A stretch of 64,000 bases of DNA from Phycisphaerae bacterium (GCA_002717655.1 PBAY01000029.1:15242-79241); one strand, 5' to 3'. Counted from the stretch's first letter, positions 17,932 through 28,612 are shown. Made by a program: numbers and translations. The notes: generated by a model not told the origin, from the sequence alone.

Positions 17932-19410
17932 ATGGAACGCATACGACTGCGAGAAGGCATCACATTTGATGACATTCTGCTGATTCCCAGGCGGAGTGAC
18001 GTGGTCCCGGCAGGGACTGACGTTTCAACACGTCTTACACGGGGTATACGGCTCAACATCCCACTTCTTTCGGCTCCCATGGACACGGTTACCGAATCCA
18101 ATCTGGCCATTGCGCTGGCTCAGGAGGGGGGAATTGGGATCATCCACAAGAATCTTGAGACCGATGTTCAGGCTCGTGAAGTAGCCAAGGTCAAGCGGTC
18201 CGAGAATGGCATGATTGCCGATCCGGTCACCCTCAGCCCAGAGGATACGGTCTCCAAGGCCATTTCTCTGATGGAGCAGCAGAATGTTTCGGGATTCCCG
18301 GTCACGATCGATGGATCAAGCCGTGGTGAGCTGGCTGGAATCCTGACCAGGCGTGACATCAAGTTCGTCGAAGCTCCCTCCGATCATGTTGGAGAAGTCA
18401 TGACCAGAGAGAATCTGGTCACCGCTCGTACGGATGTCTCGCTTGAGGAAGCGGAGAACCTGTTGAATCGCGGTCGTGTCGAGAAATTGCTTCTGACCGA
18501 TGGCAATGGTTGTCTGGCGGGTCTGATCACGATGCGTGATATCGAGAACCTTCGTCGACACCCCAGTGCCTGCCGTGATGCTCGAGGTCGACTGCGAGTT
18601 GGTGCGGCGGTTGGCGTTCATCAGCTCGAGCGAGTCGCTGCACTGGTCGATTCCGAAGTTGATGTCGTGATCGTGGATACCGCTCATGGGCATTCGGAAA
18701 ATGTGATCGAGACCGTTCGTGCGATCAAGGCGAATTACGACATCGAGGTCATTGCCGGCAATATCGCCACCGCGGCTGCAGCTCAGGATCTGATCGATGC
18801 GGGTGCTGATGCGGTCAAGGTCGGAATCGGTCCCGGTTCGATCTGCACGACACGAATCATCAGCGGTGTTGGCGTGCCCCAGCTGTCAGCAATTGATGAA
18901 GTATGCAAAGTCGCCTTGAAGCATGACATTCCAGTCATTGCAGACGGTGGTGTGAGGCAGAGTGGTGATATCGCCAAGGCAATCGCCTTTGGTGCCAATG
19001 CCGTGATGCTCGGCTCGATGTTCGCTGGAATGGATGAAAGCCCAGGCGAATTGATTCTCCATGGAGGGCGTCGTTACAAGTCCTATCGTGGAATGGGAAG
19101 TCTCGGCGCAATGGGCTCTGGTTCAGCAGATCGTTATGGCCAGGGAGATGGCCGTGACGCAGCCAAGTTCGTGCCAGAAGGAATCGAAGGGCGTGTTCCA
19201 TACCGCGGTCGACTGGCTGACACGGTGTATCAGCTCGTTGGTGGGTTGCGGGCAGCCATGGGTTACAGCGGCTGTCGAACGATCGATGAGCTGCGTCGGG
19301 ATGCGGAGTTCGTCCGAGTCAGCGGCGCATCGCTGGTCGAGTCCCATCCGCATGATGTCCAGTTGACTCGTGAAGCACCGAACTACACGTCATTCCAGCC
19401 TGCTGAATGA
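17932..19410 (+). CDS. guaB: IMP dehydrogenase
   Basis: [15 protein letters not shown], a CBS pair insert, the catalytic loop [11 protein letters not shown] and [12 protein letters not shown]. The ORF is open upstream to 17800. Confidence 0.92.
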   Translation: MERIRLREGITFDDILLIPRRSDVVPAGTDVSTRLTRGIRLNIPLLSAPMDTVTESNLAIALAQEGGIGIIHKNLETDVQAREVAKVKRSENGMIADPVTLSPEDTVSKAISLMEQQNVSGFPVTIDGSSRGELAGILTRRDIKFVEAPSDHVGEVMTRENLVTARTDVSLEEAENLLNRGRVEKLLLTDGNGCLAGLITMRDIENLRRHPSACRDARGRLRVGAAVGVHQLERVAALVDSEVDVVIVDTAHGHSENVIETVRAIKANYDIEVIAGNIATAAAAQDLIDAGADAVKVGIGPGSICTTRIISGVGVPQLSAIDEVCKVALKHDIPVIADGGVRQSGDIAKAIAFGANAVMLGSMFAGMDESPGELILHGGRRYKSYRGMGSLGAMGSGSADRYGQGDGRDAAKFVPEGIEGRVPYRGRLADTVYQLVGGLRAAMGYSGCRTIDELRRDAEFVRVSGASLVESHPHDVQLTREAPNYTSFQPAE

Positions 19411-19423
19411 GTGCTGTTGCAGT

Positions 19424-20638
19424 TCATCTGGGCTGATCTGAAACTACCGATCCATCGATGACAACGCCTGTGCAATGGGTGGTCCATTCAAAGGGGTCAC
19501 CGTCATAGATCGCGAGATCTCCATCCTTGCCGATTTCAATTGAGCCGACTCGTTCGTCAATGCCCAGAATTCTTGCGGGTTCAATGGTGATCATCCGCAT
19601 GGCTTCTTCGCGACTGCATCCATTGGCGGCCGCCATGCCTGCTTCGTAGAGGACGACTCTGGTGCGGGGTACGTAGCTTTCATAGCCACTCTGCATGGCA
19701 ACAGGTATTCCGGCTTTGATGAGTTTCGAAGCGGTTTCGAATGAAAGGTTCTCGCACTCTCCATAGGGGCGGATCATGGTCGGGTGGATGAAGACCGGAA
19801 TGTCTGCTTCCTTCAGCTCATCGATCATCAGGTGTGCTTCCGCGGCGCCATCAAGAACGATCGGGATGTCGAACTCCCGCTTGAGCCTCAGCGCATTGGC
19901 GATGTCTCTTGCCCGGTGTGCATGAATCAGCAGCGGTGTTTCCCCTCGGAGTACCGAAGCAAGTGCTTCCAGTTCAAGGTCCGGCTTGGGTGGCTTGGCT
20001 TCTTCCGTATCGGATTGCGTCATCTGGCGGTCGTGATGTGCGGCATCGAGAAGTCGCTGGCGAAGCATGGCGAACGCCTTGGCGCGGCTGCCGGGAGATT
20101 TCTCGCGGATGGCCGTATCGCTGAGTGAGCAGGCGATCATGGCCCGTGGTCTGATCGTGGCGTCCTCCACGCGATTGCCGGTTGTCTTCACGAGCATGGT
20201 CTGTCCGGACACCAGAGCCTGCGGCGCATGGCCGGTATGCATGGTGGTCACGCCGAATCCCCGTACCCATTCAATCAGTCGTTCATGTGGGTTGTAGGCG
20301 TCGATGGCGCGAAGGTGGGGTTGGATCGATGTCGTTCGATCAAGTTCATCACGGTCATGGTCGGAATTGAGGTGTCCTGCGAGTCCCACGCAGGTGTGGG
20401 CATCGACCAGTCCAGGGGTGACGATGCGGCCACGCAGGATCCGTTCCGTTCCATCCGGAGTGGCGTTGCTGGCAGGGCCGACCTCGGCGATGCGTCCGTC
20501 CTTGATCAGGACATATCCATCCTTGATGAGTTCCTTGCCGTTCATGGTCCAGACTTCGTCACCGAAGACCAGCAGGGTCTCGGCGGAAGCCAGATTGCAA
20601 AGGGTGAGTACGAGAAGGCTGATCAGGAGTCGCATCAT
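19424..20638 (-). CDS. periplasmic amidohydrolase-superfamily protein (variant metal motif H-T-C)
   Basis: Signal peptide MMRLLISLLVLTLCNLASA. TIM-barrel amidohydrolase layout. The beta-1 motif reads VDAHTCVG instead of HxH. Confidence 0.75.
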   Translation of the reverse strand: MMRLLISLLVLTLCNLASAETLLVFGDEVWTMNGKELIKDGYVLIKDGRIAEVGPASNATPDGTERILRGRIVTPGLVDAHTCVGLAGHLNSDHDRDELDRTTSIQPHLRAIDAYNPHERLIEWVRGFGVTTMHTGHAPQALVSGQTMLVKTTGNRVEDATIRPRAMIACSLSDTAIREKSPGSRAKAFAMLRQRLLDAAHHDRQMTQSDTEEAKPPKPDLELEALASVLRGETPLLIHAHRARDIANALRLKREFDIPIVLDGAAEAHLMIDELKEADIPVFIHPTMIRPYGECENLSFETASKLIKAGIPVAMQSGYESYVPRTRVVLYEAGMAAANGCSREEAMRMITIEPARILGIDERVGSIEIGKDGDLAIYDGDPFEWTTHCTGVVIDGSVVSDQPR

Positions 20639-21966
20639 TCGTGCCCTTCATCAATGCAGCAGAGGTAGGGTCGCATTGGGTTGCCGGCTCCCATTCCGCC
20701 TACGGCATAGAGTCGATCATCGGGATCTGACAGGTCGAAGACCTGCTTGCCGTCAACGAAGGTGGCAAGATTGTTGGTGTAGATGCTGAACGGATCGCCA
20801 TCGAGAATGATGAAGTCCGCATCCTTGCCTGGTTCAAGCGAGCCGATGCGGTGATCAAGATCAAGCATCTTCGCCGCATTGATCGTCAGGCTTTCCAGTG
20901 CCGTCTGTCGATCGAGCCCGGCACGCATGGCCAGCGCCGGCATGCGGCGGAACCATCGGGAGTCGGTGATCAGGTCGTCCGTGTGGAAGGCGACCAGCGC
21001 GCCGGCTTCATCCAGAATGCGACCGGTGTCATAGGCCAGATCAACCGCTTCCTGCTTGCCCCCCGGTGAATCGATCAGAATGATCGAGCATGGGGCGCCT
21101 GCTTCAGCGATTTCATCAGCTACTTTCCAGCCATCACTCACATGATGGAGTACGACACGAAAGTCGAATTCATCTGCGAGACGCAGGACAGTCAGGATGT
21201 CATCGTGCCGGTGAGTGTGGTGATGAACGACTCGTTCTCCACGCAGCACTTCGGCGAGTGTCTCAAGCTTGAGATTGCGATCGGGCCGTTTGTCGGGATC
21301 GTCTCCAGCGAGGTCCATCTTTCGCTGGTAGTCCTGCGCATCCATGAAGGCCTGACGGACCAAGGCGGCCGACTTCGCTCTGGTTCCGGGAAATGGGGCG
21401 TCGCGTTGCGGATTGGTTCCGTTGGCCATCTTGAGTCCGCCCATCGGTTTGCCATTGGCATCAAGAATGAGCATGTCTTCAACCTGTTTGGCTGGGCGAA
21501 CCTTCACATAGGCCGTCTGGCCGGAGGAGAGATGTCCACTGCCAGGCATGATGTTGAGGCAGGTCAATCCGCCGGCCAGCGCTCGACGAAATCCAGCATT
21601 GTTGATGTCGATGGTGTCGAGAATCCGTACCTCGGGTTGGATTGGTGTCGAACCATCGGCGCCGCCACCACCCTTGCCCTGGATTCCGATATGACTGTGG
21701 GTGCAGATCAGGCCAGGCATGATGGTCTGGCCGGTGCAGTCCCTTGTCTTGATTGCCGGCGAATCCTGAACCCATTGGCTCATGGGGCCGACTTCAACGA
21801 TCTTGCCATTCTCAATGATCAGGTAACCAGGTTCAATGGCAGGGGAATTGACAGGAATGACCCGTGCGTTGAGAAACGCTTCTTTGTGGCCCGGATGGGC
21901 CATCGCTGATTCGGACATGTTCAGAACAGCAGCAAGCAGAGTCAGAAGTAAGGTCATCCGGTGCAT
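20635..21966 (-). CDS. periplasmic amidohydrolase-superfamily protein
   Basis: Signal peptide ending AMAHP and canonical LICTHSHIG (HxH). 4-nt overlap with the downstream paralogue. Confidence 0.8.
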   Translation of the reverse strand: MHRMTLLLTLLAAVLNMSESAMAHPGHKEAFLNARVIPVNSPAIEPGYLIIENGKIVEVGPMSQWVQDSPAIKTRDCTGQTIMPGLICTHSHIGIQGKGGGGADGSTPIQPEVRILDTIDINNAGFRRALAGGLTCLNIMPGSGHLSSGQTAYVKVRPAKQVEDMLILDANGKPMGGLKMANGTNPQRDAPFPGTRAKSAALVRQAFMDAQDYQRKMDLAGDDPDKRPDRNLKLETLAEVLRGERVVHHHTHRHDDILTVLRLADEFDFRVVLHHVSDGWKVADEIAEAGAPCSIILIDSPGGKQEAVDLAYDTGRILDEAGALVAFHTDDLITDSRWFRRMPALAMRAGLDRQTALESLTINAAKMLDLDHRIGSLEPGKDADFIILDGDPFSIYTNNLATFVDGKQVFDLSDPDDRLYAVGGMGAGNPMRPYLCCIDEGHE

Positions 21967-22070
21967 GTAAAGCTCTCTTGAAGTGGGGTTGGATTCGATT
22001 CTACCTCCGTTCTGGATGTTTGGAGCTGTTGAAGCTTCGATCCAGACGGCAGATCAGTTATGTTGAATCC

Positions 22071-23471
22071 ATGAAGATTCAATGTATTGCAGTCCTCCTC
22101 TGTGCCCTGACGGTCGGTTTCCTCTCAATGGCTCCTGCCGGGGAAAGTGATGTTGCCTGTAATTCGAGTGTTGGTCCGGATGTCGTCATCGGCAGCCTGG
22201 ACGGAATAGGTGACTATGGCTGTCTGGATGGGATCTGTGCGTATTCCATCGCCACCAACATCGTCAACATCGGCGATGAGGATTTGCCGTGGTTCCCCAT
22301 GAACAATGAGCATCCCGCCATCGCGCAGCACATGTACAAGATGAATGAGGTGCGTATCGAACAGATCGGCATCTCATGGGTCAAGCATGGATTCGGTGCG
22401 TTGGCCTGGGATGAGTTCGACTGCGGTTGTCAGAACCCTAATGATTATGACTATCTGGGTGTCGGTTGCACGGACCCCTACACGACCGGCCTCAATGGTG
22501 ATCAGGATGGCTTTGGCACCTTTGCGGGTCTTGGTCCGCGGTGGGAAGTCAATGCAACGAACGGTTACTTTCCGTTTCCCTACACGACCCTTGGTCAGGG
22601 TGGGGATGCGATCTACAAGCGACTGCAGGTTCATTCGGATGACCTTGATCCGGACCTCAATCCCAATACGGTGTACTTCGCCGAGGGGCACTATGTGACA
22701 CCTGCAGATGCGCTTGCAGGCAATGGAGCAAACAGTCTCGGCTACCGTCCCATGGTGGTTGAAGGTTGGGCAGGTGATACCTGGGATCTTTCACTTCAGG
22801 GTGAAACCGTGTCTGGGCTTCCGGCCATCTACGCCTGGGCAGCGGCCTATCCCGGTGTCATGCTTGAAACCATCGATATTCCAGATGATGGACGCATGGT
22901 TCTGGCGGCGAAAGCAACCGAGAACCCGGATGGTTCCTGGCATTATGAATATGCCTGGCACAACATCAATTCATGGCGAAGTGGAAGAAGTCTCCGCATT
23001 GATCTTGCTGATGGCGCAGGGATCACAAATCCGGGTTGGCATGCGGTCGATCATCATTCCGGCACACCCTGGGCGAATCAGCCCTGGCAGATCAATGTTG
23101 TTTCAGATGAAATCGAGTTCTCGACCGCTCCTGCAGATGCCGGTGGCAGTTCCTCGCCAATCTGCTGGGGCACCATGGGCAATGCCTGGTTTGATTCGGA
23201 TCAGCCGCCGGGCATGACTCAGGTGAAGCTGGGTTACTACCGGCAGGGCACCGCCCCGGATGCAGTGCTGTCATTCCTCGGGCCTGTTGGTGGTGGTGGA
23301 TGTGCAGGTGACGCCAATGGAGATGGTGTGACCGACGTCAATGATGTTCTGGCCGTGCTGGGTGTCTTTGGAGAGGGTTGCCAGGATTGTTCCGAGGACC
23401 TTGATGGCAATGGCCAGATTGACGTGAATGACATCCTGGCGCTTCTTGCCGATTGGGATTGTGAATACTGA
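22071..23471 (+). CDS. secreted protein of unknown function with a C-terminal double dockerin-like module
   Basis: Signal peptide MKIQCIAVLLCALTVGFLSMAPA. C-terminus GDANGDGVTDVNDVLAVLGVFG ... DLDGNGQIDVNDILALLADW. Confidence 0.7.
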   Translation: MKIQCIAVLLCALTVGFLSMAPAGESDVACNSSVGPDVVIGSLDGIGDYGCLDGICAYSIATNIVNIGDEDLPWFPMNNEHPAIAQHMYKMNEVRIEQIGISWVKHGFGALAWDEFDCGCQNPNDYDYLGVGCTDPYTTGLNGDQDGFGTFAGLGPRWEVNATNGYFPFPYTTLGQGGDAIYKRLQVHSDDLDPDLNPNTVYFAEGHYVTPADALAGNGANSLGYRPMVVEGWAGDTWDLSLQGETVSGLPAIYAWAAAYPGVMLETIDIPDDGRMVLAAKATENPDGSWHYEYAWHNINSWRSGRSLRIDLADGAGITNPGWHAVDHHSGTPWANQPWQINVVSDEIEFSTAPADAGGSSSPICWGTMGNAWFDSDQPPGMTQVKLGYYRQGTAPDAVLSFLGPVGGGGCAGDANGDGVTDVNDVLAVLGVFGEGCQDCSEDLDGNGQIDVNDILALLADWDCEY

Positions 23472-23523
23472 GTTGTCCAGGTCATGTCGTGGCCATCAAA
23501 GTTGATCTGGGCATTATGCCGAT

Positions 23524-23709
23524 TTGACGGGTATGAGTAACAACAATCCCAAGACGGGCTTCCCGGTGATCGATGCGCTACAGAGGCTCAGTCTGACGAA
23601 CTGGCTTCTGATCATTTTCATCATTCTCATGTGGTGGTGGCACGTCGAGACGGAACAGCGGCTGGACGGGATCATCAATGCCATCAGTCGGCTTGAAGTG
23701 GGTCATTAG
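23524..23709 (+). CDS. small single-TM protein (hypothetical)
   Basis: 61-aa ORF with the hydrophobic core WLLIIFIILMWWW. Short, so uncertain. Confidence 0.3.
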   Translation: MTGMSNNNPKTGFPVIDALQRLSLTNWLLIIFIILMWWWHVETEQRLDGIINAISRLEVGH

Positions 23710-23713
23710 CCAA

Positions 23714-23787
23714 CATCCGCGGGAGGGCTCGAACCTCCAACCTTCGGCTTCGGAGGCCGACGCTCTATCCAATTGAGCTACGCGGAC
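23714..23787 (-). tRNA. tRNA-Arg (anticodon CCG)
   Basis: Minus strand reads GTCCGCGTAGCTCAATTGGATAGAGCGTCGGCCTCCGAAGCCGAAGGTTGGAGGTTCGAGCCCTCCCGCGGATG. Anticodon loop CTCCGAA, T-loop TTCGAGC, 7-bp acceptor stem, no encoded CCA. Confidence 0.9.
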
Positions 23788-23800
23788 AGAACGGGGCAGT

Positions 23801-23983
23801 CTACCCAGCTTGCCTGTCGTTCTTCCGCTTTTGTGATTCCGAGGCCTTCATGGCGTTCCAAGTCTGTTGCTCAATGGCCTTGACATGACGTCGCATGTCC
23901 CAATCGACAGAATCATGGGATTGTCTTGCTCTGAGGTCTTCCAGCTTTCTGGCAGTTTCAGAATCCTCGCTTGTCAGCGGCAT
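23801..23983 (-). CDS. small charged helical protein (hypothetical, weak)
   Basis: Only the last 60 codons (MPLTSEDSETARKLEDLRARQ...) of the 148-aa ORF look protein-like. No clear RBS. Confidence 0.2.
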   Translation of the reverse strand: MPLTSEDSETARKLEDLRARQSHDSVDWDMRRHVKAIEQQTWNAMKASESQKRKNDRQAG

Positions 23984-24197
23984 CCCGAAGACCTTGCCGC
24001 TCTTTGGTCTGTTTGCGGGTTGGGGCCTGCCTGAGGGATTTGGAGGATGGGGGATCATCGCTAAAGGACAACCTCTGCCGGGCCATTTGCCATTCAGAAA
24101 TACATCTGTTCTTGCATCTTTCATTGAGAAAGACGGGTCGTGACGGCTCAATGGGGGTTGAGGCGGAGAATTCAGGGGGTGATACCATGTGGTGTCC

Positions 24198-25847
24198 ATG
24201 GAATCTCGATCACAGACATCATTTCGACCTCCCTTCAAGGGTTCCATTCTCAGGCTGACTGCGGTCTCGGGTCAGCCCATGGATCCCAAGGAGCTGACTC
24301 ATTCTGGAGGGGTCATTGGCCGCGGTTCAACCTGTGAAGTCCGGTTGGTTGATCCCACCGTTTCAAGACGACATGCAACGATCGTCTGTCGCGATGATCA
24401 TTGGATCATTCAGGATCTGGGCGGCACCAACGGCACGTTGCTCAATGAAGTCAAGATTGAAGACGATCTTGGGATGCCTCTTGCAGAAGGCGATCGAATC
24501 AGTGTTGGTCCATGGACGCTTGTGGTTGGTGATGTTGAACAGACGTCCATTGCCATGCAGACGCTGGATGACTCTGGTTCTGCAGAGCGTGTGCGGAGAC
24601 TCAGCCCTGCGGAGACCGCTTCGCTGGCGAGGCATCGACTGAATCTGTTCATCGAGTGTGCCGGTCGGATCAATCAGGCGATTGATGAGCAGTCGCTCTG
24701 GGAATCGATCATGCTTTCTTCCCTTGAGGGCAGCGGCTTTGGCCGTGTCGCTCTGCTGCGAGCAGATGCCGAGGCAAAGTCGGTTGAAATCATGGCCTAT
24801 CGTGGTCTTGGGGGAGACGGTCGGCCGGACGACATTAGCCGATCACTCATTCGCGCTGCATCTGAAGGTGATATTGCTCAATTGCTTTCTGATGATCAGC
24901 CTGCTTATGGGCAGAGTATTGCTGATCTGAATATCCATTCAGCCCTTTGTTGTCCGATCACCGTAGACAATGTGATTGCCGCTTACCTGTATCTGGACGC
25001 ACGAGGTTCAGAGGCATCTGTGCAGCATGATGCGACGAGTTTCTGCCAGGCATTGGTCAAGATTGCAGGGCTTGCCATCGCCAACCTGAGACGTCGCGAA
25101 CTCATGGAGCGACATCAGCGTGTGCAGCAGGATCTGGAAGCAGCGCGTGAAGCACAGCGATTCATGTTGGCGGATAACCACGGCGAAATGTGCGGGTTGC
25201 CCTATGCGGTCCAGTTCCAACCAGGGCGTGATGTCTCGGGAGACCTCTTTGACATCATCGAGCTTGATGGGGGGCGAGTTGCGTTTGTTGTTGGTGATGT
25301 GACCGGTAAGGGTGTGGGTTCGGCCATCCTCATGGCGGCCGCGCAGTCACATATCCACTCCATGCTTGTGCGTGATGGTGATCCGGCCTCGGCCGTGACC
25401 GCTGTGAATCAATATGTCCTGACGCATTCGCCAGTGAATCGTTTCATCACGTTGTGGGTGGGTGTGCTTGATTCAAATTCAGGTCTCTTCACCTTTGTGG
25501 ATGCCGGTCACGGCCATTGGGCTCATTGCACTGCGGATGGAGAAGCCAGTAGCAATCAGATCGCGGCTCATCCGCCAATCGGAATCGATGGTGATACCAC
25601 CTTTGATTGCCAGACCGTGCAGTGTGCTCCAGGTGATCGTATTGTTCTGATGACTGACGGGGTCGTTGAGCAGGAGGACCCTTCAGGAGAGCAATACGGC
25701 ATGGATCGATCTCTGGCCGTGTTGAGAACCAGTCGCAATCCAGTTGAGGATGTTGAATCCTTGCACCGGTCCGTCAGTGAATTCGCTCAAACCGACCAGC
25801 TGGGCGATGACACGACGATCGCCAGCCTGATGTATGTAGGCGATTGA
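24198..25847 (+). CDS. FHA domain / GAF-like / PP2C (SpoIIE-type) serine phosphatase
   Basis: FHA: GRGSTCEVRLVDPTVSRRHATIV...DLGGTNGTLLN. PP2C: DVSGDLFD, GDVTGKGVGSAILMAAA, MTDGVVE and GDDTTI. Confidence 0.8.
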   Translation: MESRSQTSFRPPFKGSILRLTAVSGQPMDPKELTHSGGVIGRGSTCEVRLVDPTVSRRHATIVCRDDHWIIQDLGGTNGTLLNEVKIEDDLGMPLAEGDRISVGPWTLVVGDVEQTSIAMQTLDDSGSAERVRRLSPAETASLARHRLNLFIECAGRINQAIDEQSLWESIMLSSLEGSGFGRVALLRADAEAKSVEIMAYRGLGGDGRPDDISRSLIRAASEGDIAQLLSDDQPAYGQSIADLNIHSALCCPITVDNVIAAYLYLDARGSEASVQHDATSFCQALVKIAGLAIANLRRRELMERHQRVQQDLEAAREAQRFMLADNHGEMCGLPYAVQFQPGRDVSGDLFDIIELDGGRVAFVVGDVTGKGVGSAILMAAAQSHIHSMLVRDGDPASAVTAVNQYVLTHSPVNRFITLWVGVLDSNSGLFTFVDAGHGHWAHCTADGEASSNQIAAHPPIGIDGDTTFDCQTVQCAPGDRIVLMTDGVVEQEDPSGEQYGMDRSLAVLRTSRNPVEDVESLHRSVSEFAQTDQLGDDTTIASLMYVGD

Positions 25848-25938
25848 GTCCGATTTTGGGCCACCTGACCCCCCTTGAGTCGATGTAGAATGCTGGTCTT
25901 GGCATTCAGCCCCTTTTTGGGTGCTTGAGGAGGTATTC

Positions 25939-26706
25939 GTGAGACTCCTGCGGTTCTATCGATCTGCAATAGGCAAAAAGGTCGTGGTCGCTCTCTCTGG
26001 GGGAGCCCTTTATCTGTTTCTCATCGGGCATATGTTGGGGAACATGTGGGTCTATGGCGGGCAGGAAGACATTGATTCCTACTCCCATCACCTCCGCACC
26101 TTCATGGAGGACTTCTTCGGTTACGGAGGCTTCCTCTGGATTGCCAGAATCGGTCTGTTGGCGGCGTTACTTCTGCATGTCGTGACCATCGTTCTGCTGG
26201 TCAGGCAGAATCGAAAGGCTCGCCCCGAGCAGTATCGCCACAAGCATCGAGCGGCCAGAACACTCGCCTCCATGACGATGCTGATCAGTGGTCCTCTGAT
26301 TCTGGTCTATGTGGTGCTGCATATTCTTCAGTTCACCACAGGCACGGTGCAGCCGACGGCTTATGAAGAGGGGGCGGTCTATGCCAATCTCTGGAATGCC
26401 TTTCAGGTCTGGTGGATTGCCTTGATCTACATCGTGATGATGTTCTTCATCTGCTTGCACCTCTATCACGGGGTCTGGAGCATGTTCCAGTCGCTGGGGA
26501 TCAACAATCAGGATCGAAACAAGATGCTGCGGATGATTTCAACGGTTTCTTCCATTGTCATCTTCGTCGGCTTCTCTTCTGTGCCTACCATGATGTGGTG
26601 TGACATGCTGCCACCACCGACTCCCAAAGAGTCAGCTCAGCAGCCGGTCGTTCAGGGTCCTGATCGGTTGCTCGTGCAGTCCGAAGGAGGTCATGATGAA
26701 CCTTGA
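25939..26706 (+). CDS. sdhC: succinate dehydrogenase cytochrome b558 subunit
   Basis: GTG at 25939 lies 8 nt after GAGGAGG. Five TM helices with conserved His residues. First gene of sdhCAB. Confidence 0.8.
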   Translation: MRLLRFYRSAIGKKVVVALSGGALYLFLIGHMLGNMWVYGGQEDIDSYSHHLRTFMEDFFGYGGFLWIARIGLLAALLLHVVTIVLLVRQNRKARPEQYRHKHRAARTLASMTMLISGPLILVYVVLHILQFTTGTVQPTAYEEGAVYANLWNAFQVWWIALIYIVMMFFICLHLYHGVWSMFQSLGINNQDRNKMLRMISTVSSIVIFVGFSSVPTMMWCDMLPPPTPKESAQQPVVQGPDRLLVQSEGGHDEP

Positions 26707-28612
26707 TGCCGGTATTCCTGAGGGGCCAATTGAGGAAAAGTGGTCCAACTATCTTGAGCACGTCAAGCTGGTCGGGCCCAACAACCGTCGGAAGTACGAT
26801 GTGATCGTCGTCGGTACCGGTCTGGCCGGTGCGGCGGCGGCATCGAGTCTTGCCGCCCAGGGGTATCAGGTGAAGACCTTTTGTTTTCAGGATTCCCCAA
26901 GGCGTGCCCACAGCATCGCCGCCCAGGGCGGCATCAATGCGGCCAAGAACTATCGAGAAGATGGCGACACCACCTATCGGCTGTTCTATGACACGCAGAA
27001 GGGTGGTGACTTCCGTGCTCGTGAGGCCAATGTCTATCGACTGGCTCAACTGAGCACGAACATCATTGATCAGGCCGTGGCCCAGGGCGTTCCATTTGCT
27101 CGTGAATATGGAGGCATGCTGGCGAACCGTTCATTCGGCGGCGTACTTGTTTCACGAACCTTCTACTGTCGTGGGCAGACCGGCCAGCAGCTTCTGCTGG
27201 GGGCCTATCAGGCCTTGCAGAAGGAGCTCAATACCGGCAATCTGGAGATGCACCCTCGTACCGAACTTCTGGATATCGTCGTCATCGATGGTCGCGCCAG
27301 GGGCATCGTGATCCGTGATCTGATCACCGGCGAGATTCGTTCCCATTCGGCCGCCGCGGTTGTTCTGGCAACAGGTGGTTATGTGAGCACCTACTTCCAT
27401 TCCACCAATGCGGTGAACAGCAATTGCACGGCGATCTGGCGGGCCCATCGTCGTGGTGCCGGCTTCGGAAATCCCTGCATGGTCCAGATTCATCCCACCT
27501 GTATCCCAAGCACGGCGGACTTCCAGTGCAAATTGACCCTGATGAGCGAGTCGCTTCGAAATGATGGCCGCTGCTGGGTGCCGCGAAAGAAGGGGGATAC
27601 CCGTCATCCTGCCCAGATCCCTGAAGAGGATCGTTACTACTACCTTGAGGAACGGTATCCCAGCTATGGCAACCTCGTGCCTCGCGACGTGGCTTCGCGC
27701 AATGCGAAGTATGTCTGTGACGATGGTTACAGCGTGCTTGGTGACCAGGGGCGTGCGGTCTACCTTGATTTCAACGATGCCATCACTCGAGAAGGCAAGA
27801 AGACGATCGGTGAACGCTATGGCAATCTCTTTGACATGTACGAAGAGATCACCGATGAGAGTCCGTACGACGGCCCCATGCGGATCTACCCTGCGCTGCA
27901 CTATTCAATGGGGGGCCTCTGGGTTGACTACAGCCTGATGACGAATATCCCGGGTCTCTATGCCATCGGTGAAGCCAACTTCTCCGACCACGGAGCAAAT
28001 CGTCTGGGCGCCAGTTCACTCATGCAGTGTCTTGCAGATGGCTACTTCGTCCTGCCGCAGACCATCGGCAACTATCTGCATGACATCTACATGGACAAGG
28101 TTGGAACGGATCATCCGGCCTTCAAGCAGCACGAGGATAGCGTTCGAGACGATATTGCCCGGATCATGTCGATTCAGGGGACGCGTACGCCACTCTCCAT
28201 ACACCGTGAACTTGGTGAGTTGATGTGGGAGCACTGTGGCATGGCGCGTACCGCAGAAGGACTCAAGACGGCCCTTGCCGGTATTGAGGATCTGCAGGAG
28301 GCTTATCACAAGGACCTTCTGGTTCCAGGGGTAGCAGACGGCCCCAATCAGGTATTGGAGCGTGCCGGACGCCTGGCCGATTATCTCGAACTCGGTCATC
28401 TCATGTGTCGTGATGCGTTGGAGCGCAATGAGTCGTGTGGATGCCATTTCCGTGAGGAATACCAGACCGAAGACGGCGAGGTCATGCGTGATGACGAGAA
28501 CTTTCAGCATGTTGCCGTATGGGAGTGGAAAGGCAAGGAGGACGCGGAGGAACTTCACAAGGAAGCTCTTGAACCAGAGGCGCTGCCGCCAATGACTCGG
28601 AGCTACAAGTAA
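26693..28612 (+). CDS. sdhA: succinate dehydrogenase flavoprotein subunit
   Basis: ATG after [23 protein letters not shown], the FAD-His region [15 protein letters not shown] and [10 protein letters not shown]. Confidence 0.92.
   Translation: MMNLDAGIPEGPIEEKWSNYLEHVKLVGPNNRRKYDVIVVGTGLAGAAAASSLAAQGYQVKTFCFQDSPRRAHSIAAQGGINAAKNYREDGDTTYRLFYDTQKGGDFRAREANVYRLAQLSTNIIDQAVAQGVPFAREYGGMLANRSFGGVLVSRTFYCRGQTGQQLLLGAYQALQKELNTGNLEMHPRTELLDIVVIDGRARGIVIRDLITGEIRSHSAAAVVLATGGYVSTYFHSTNAVNSNCTAIWRAHRRGAGFGNPCMVQIHPTCIPSTADFQCKLTLMSESLRNDGRCWVPRKKGDTRHPAQIPEEDRYYYLEERYPSYGNLVPRDVASRNAKYVCDDGYSVLGDQGRAVYLDFNDAITREGKKTIGERYGNLFDMYEEITDESPYDGPMRIYPALHYSMGGLWVDYSLMTNIPGLYAIGEANFSDHGANRLGASSLMQCLADGYFVLPQTIGNYLHDIYMDKVGTDHPAFKQHEDSVRDDIARIMSIQGTRTPLSIHRELGELMWEHCGMARTAEGLKTALAGIEDLQEAYHKDLLVPGVADGPNQVLERAGRLADYLELGHLMCRDALERNESCGCHFREEYQTEDGEVMRDDENFQHVAVWEWKGKEDAEELHKEALEPEALPPMTRSYK

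Noticed and set aside
23714-24250. tRNA-Arg as an integration hotspot, with the 148-aa minus ORF (23801-24247) as island cargo.
   Set aside because: There is no integrase, recombinase or repeat of the tRNA 3' end nearby. The N-terminal two-thirds of the ORF is Pro-rich nonsense-like sequence that overlaps the FHA gene start. The same negative result holds for tRNA-Ser, tRNA-Glu and tRNA-Met.
25886-25905. TTGAGT ... TAGAAT as a promoter for sdhC.
   Set aside because: The two hexamers are only 5 nt apart, which is incompatible with sigma70 spacing. An alternative -35 (CTGACC) is weak. Not reported as a feature.
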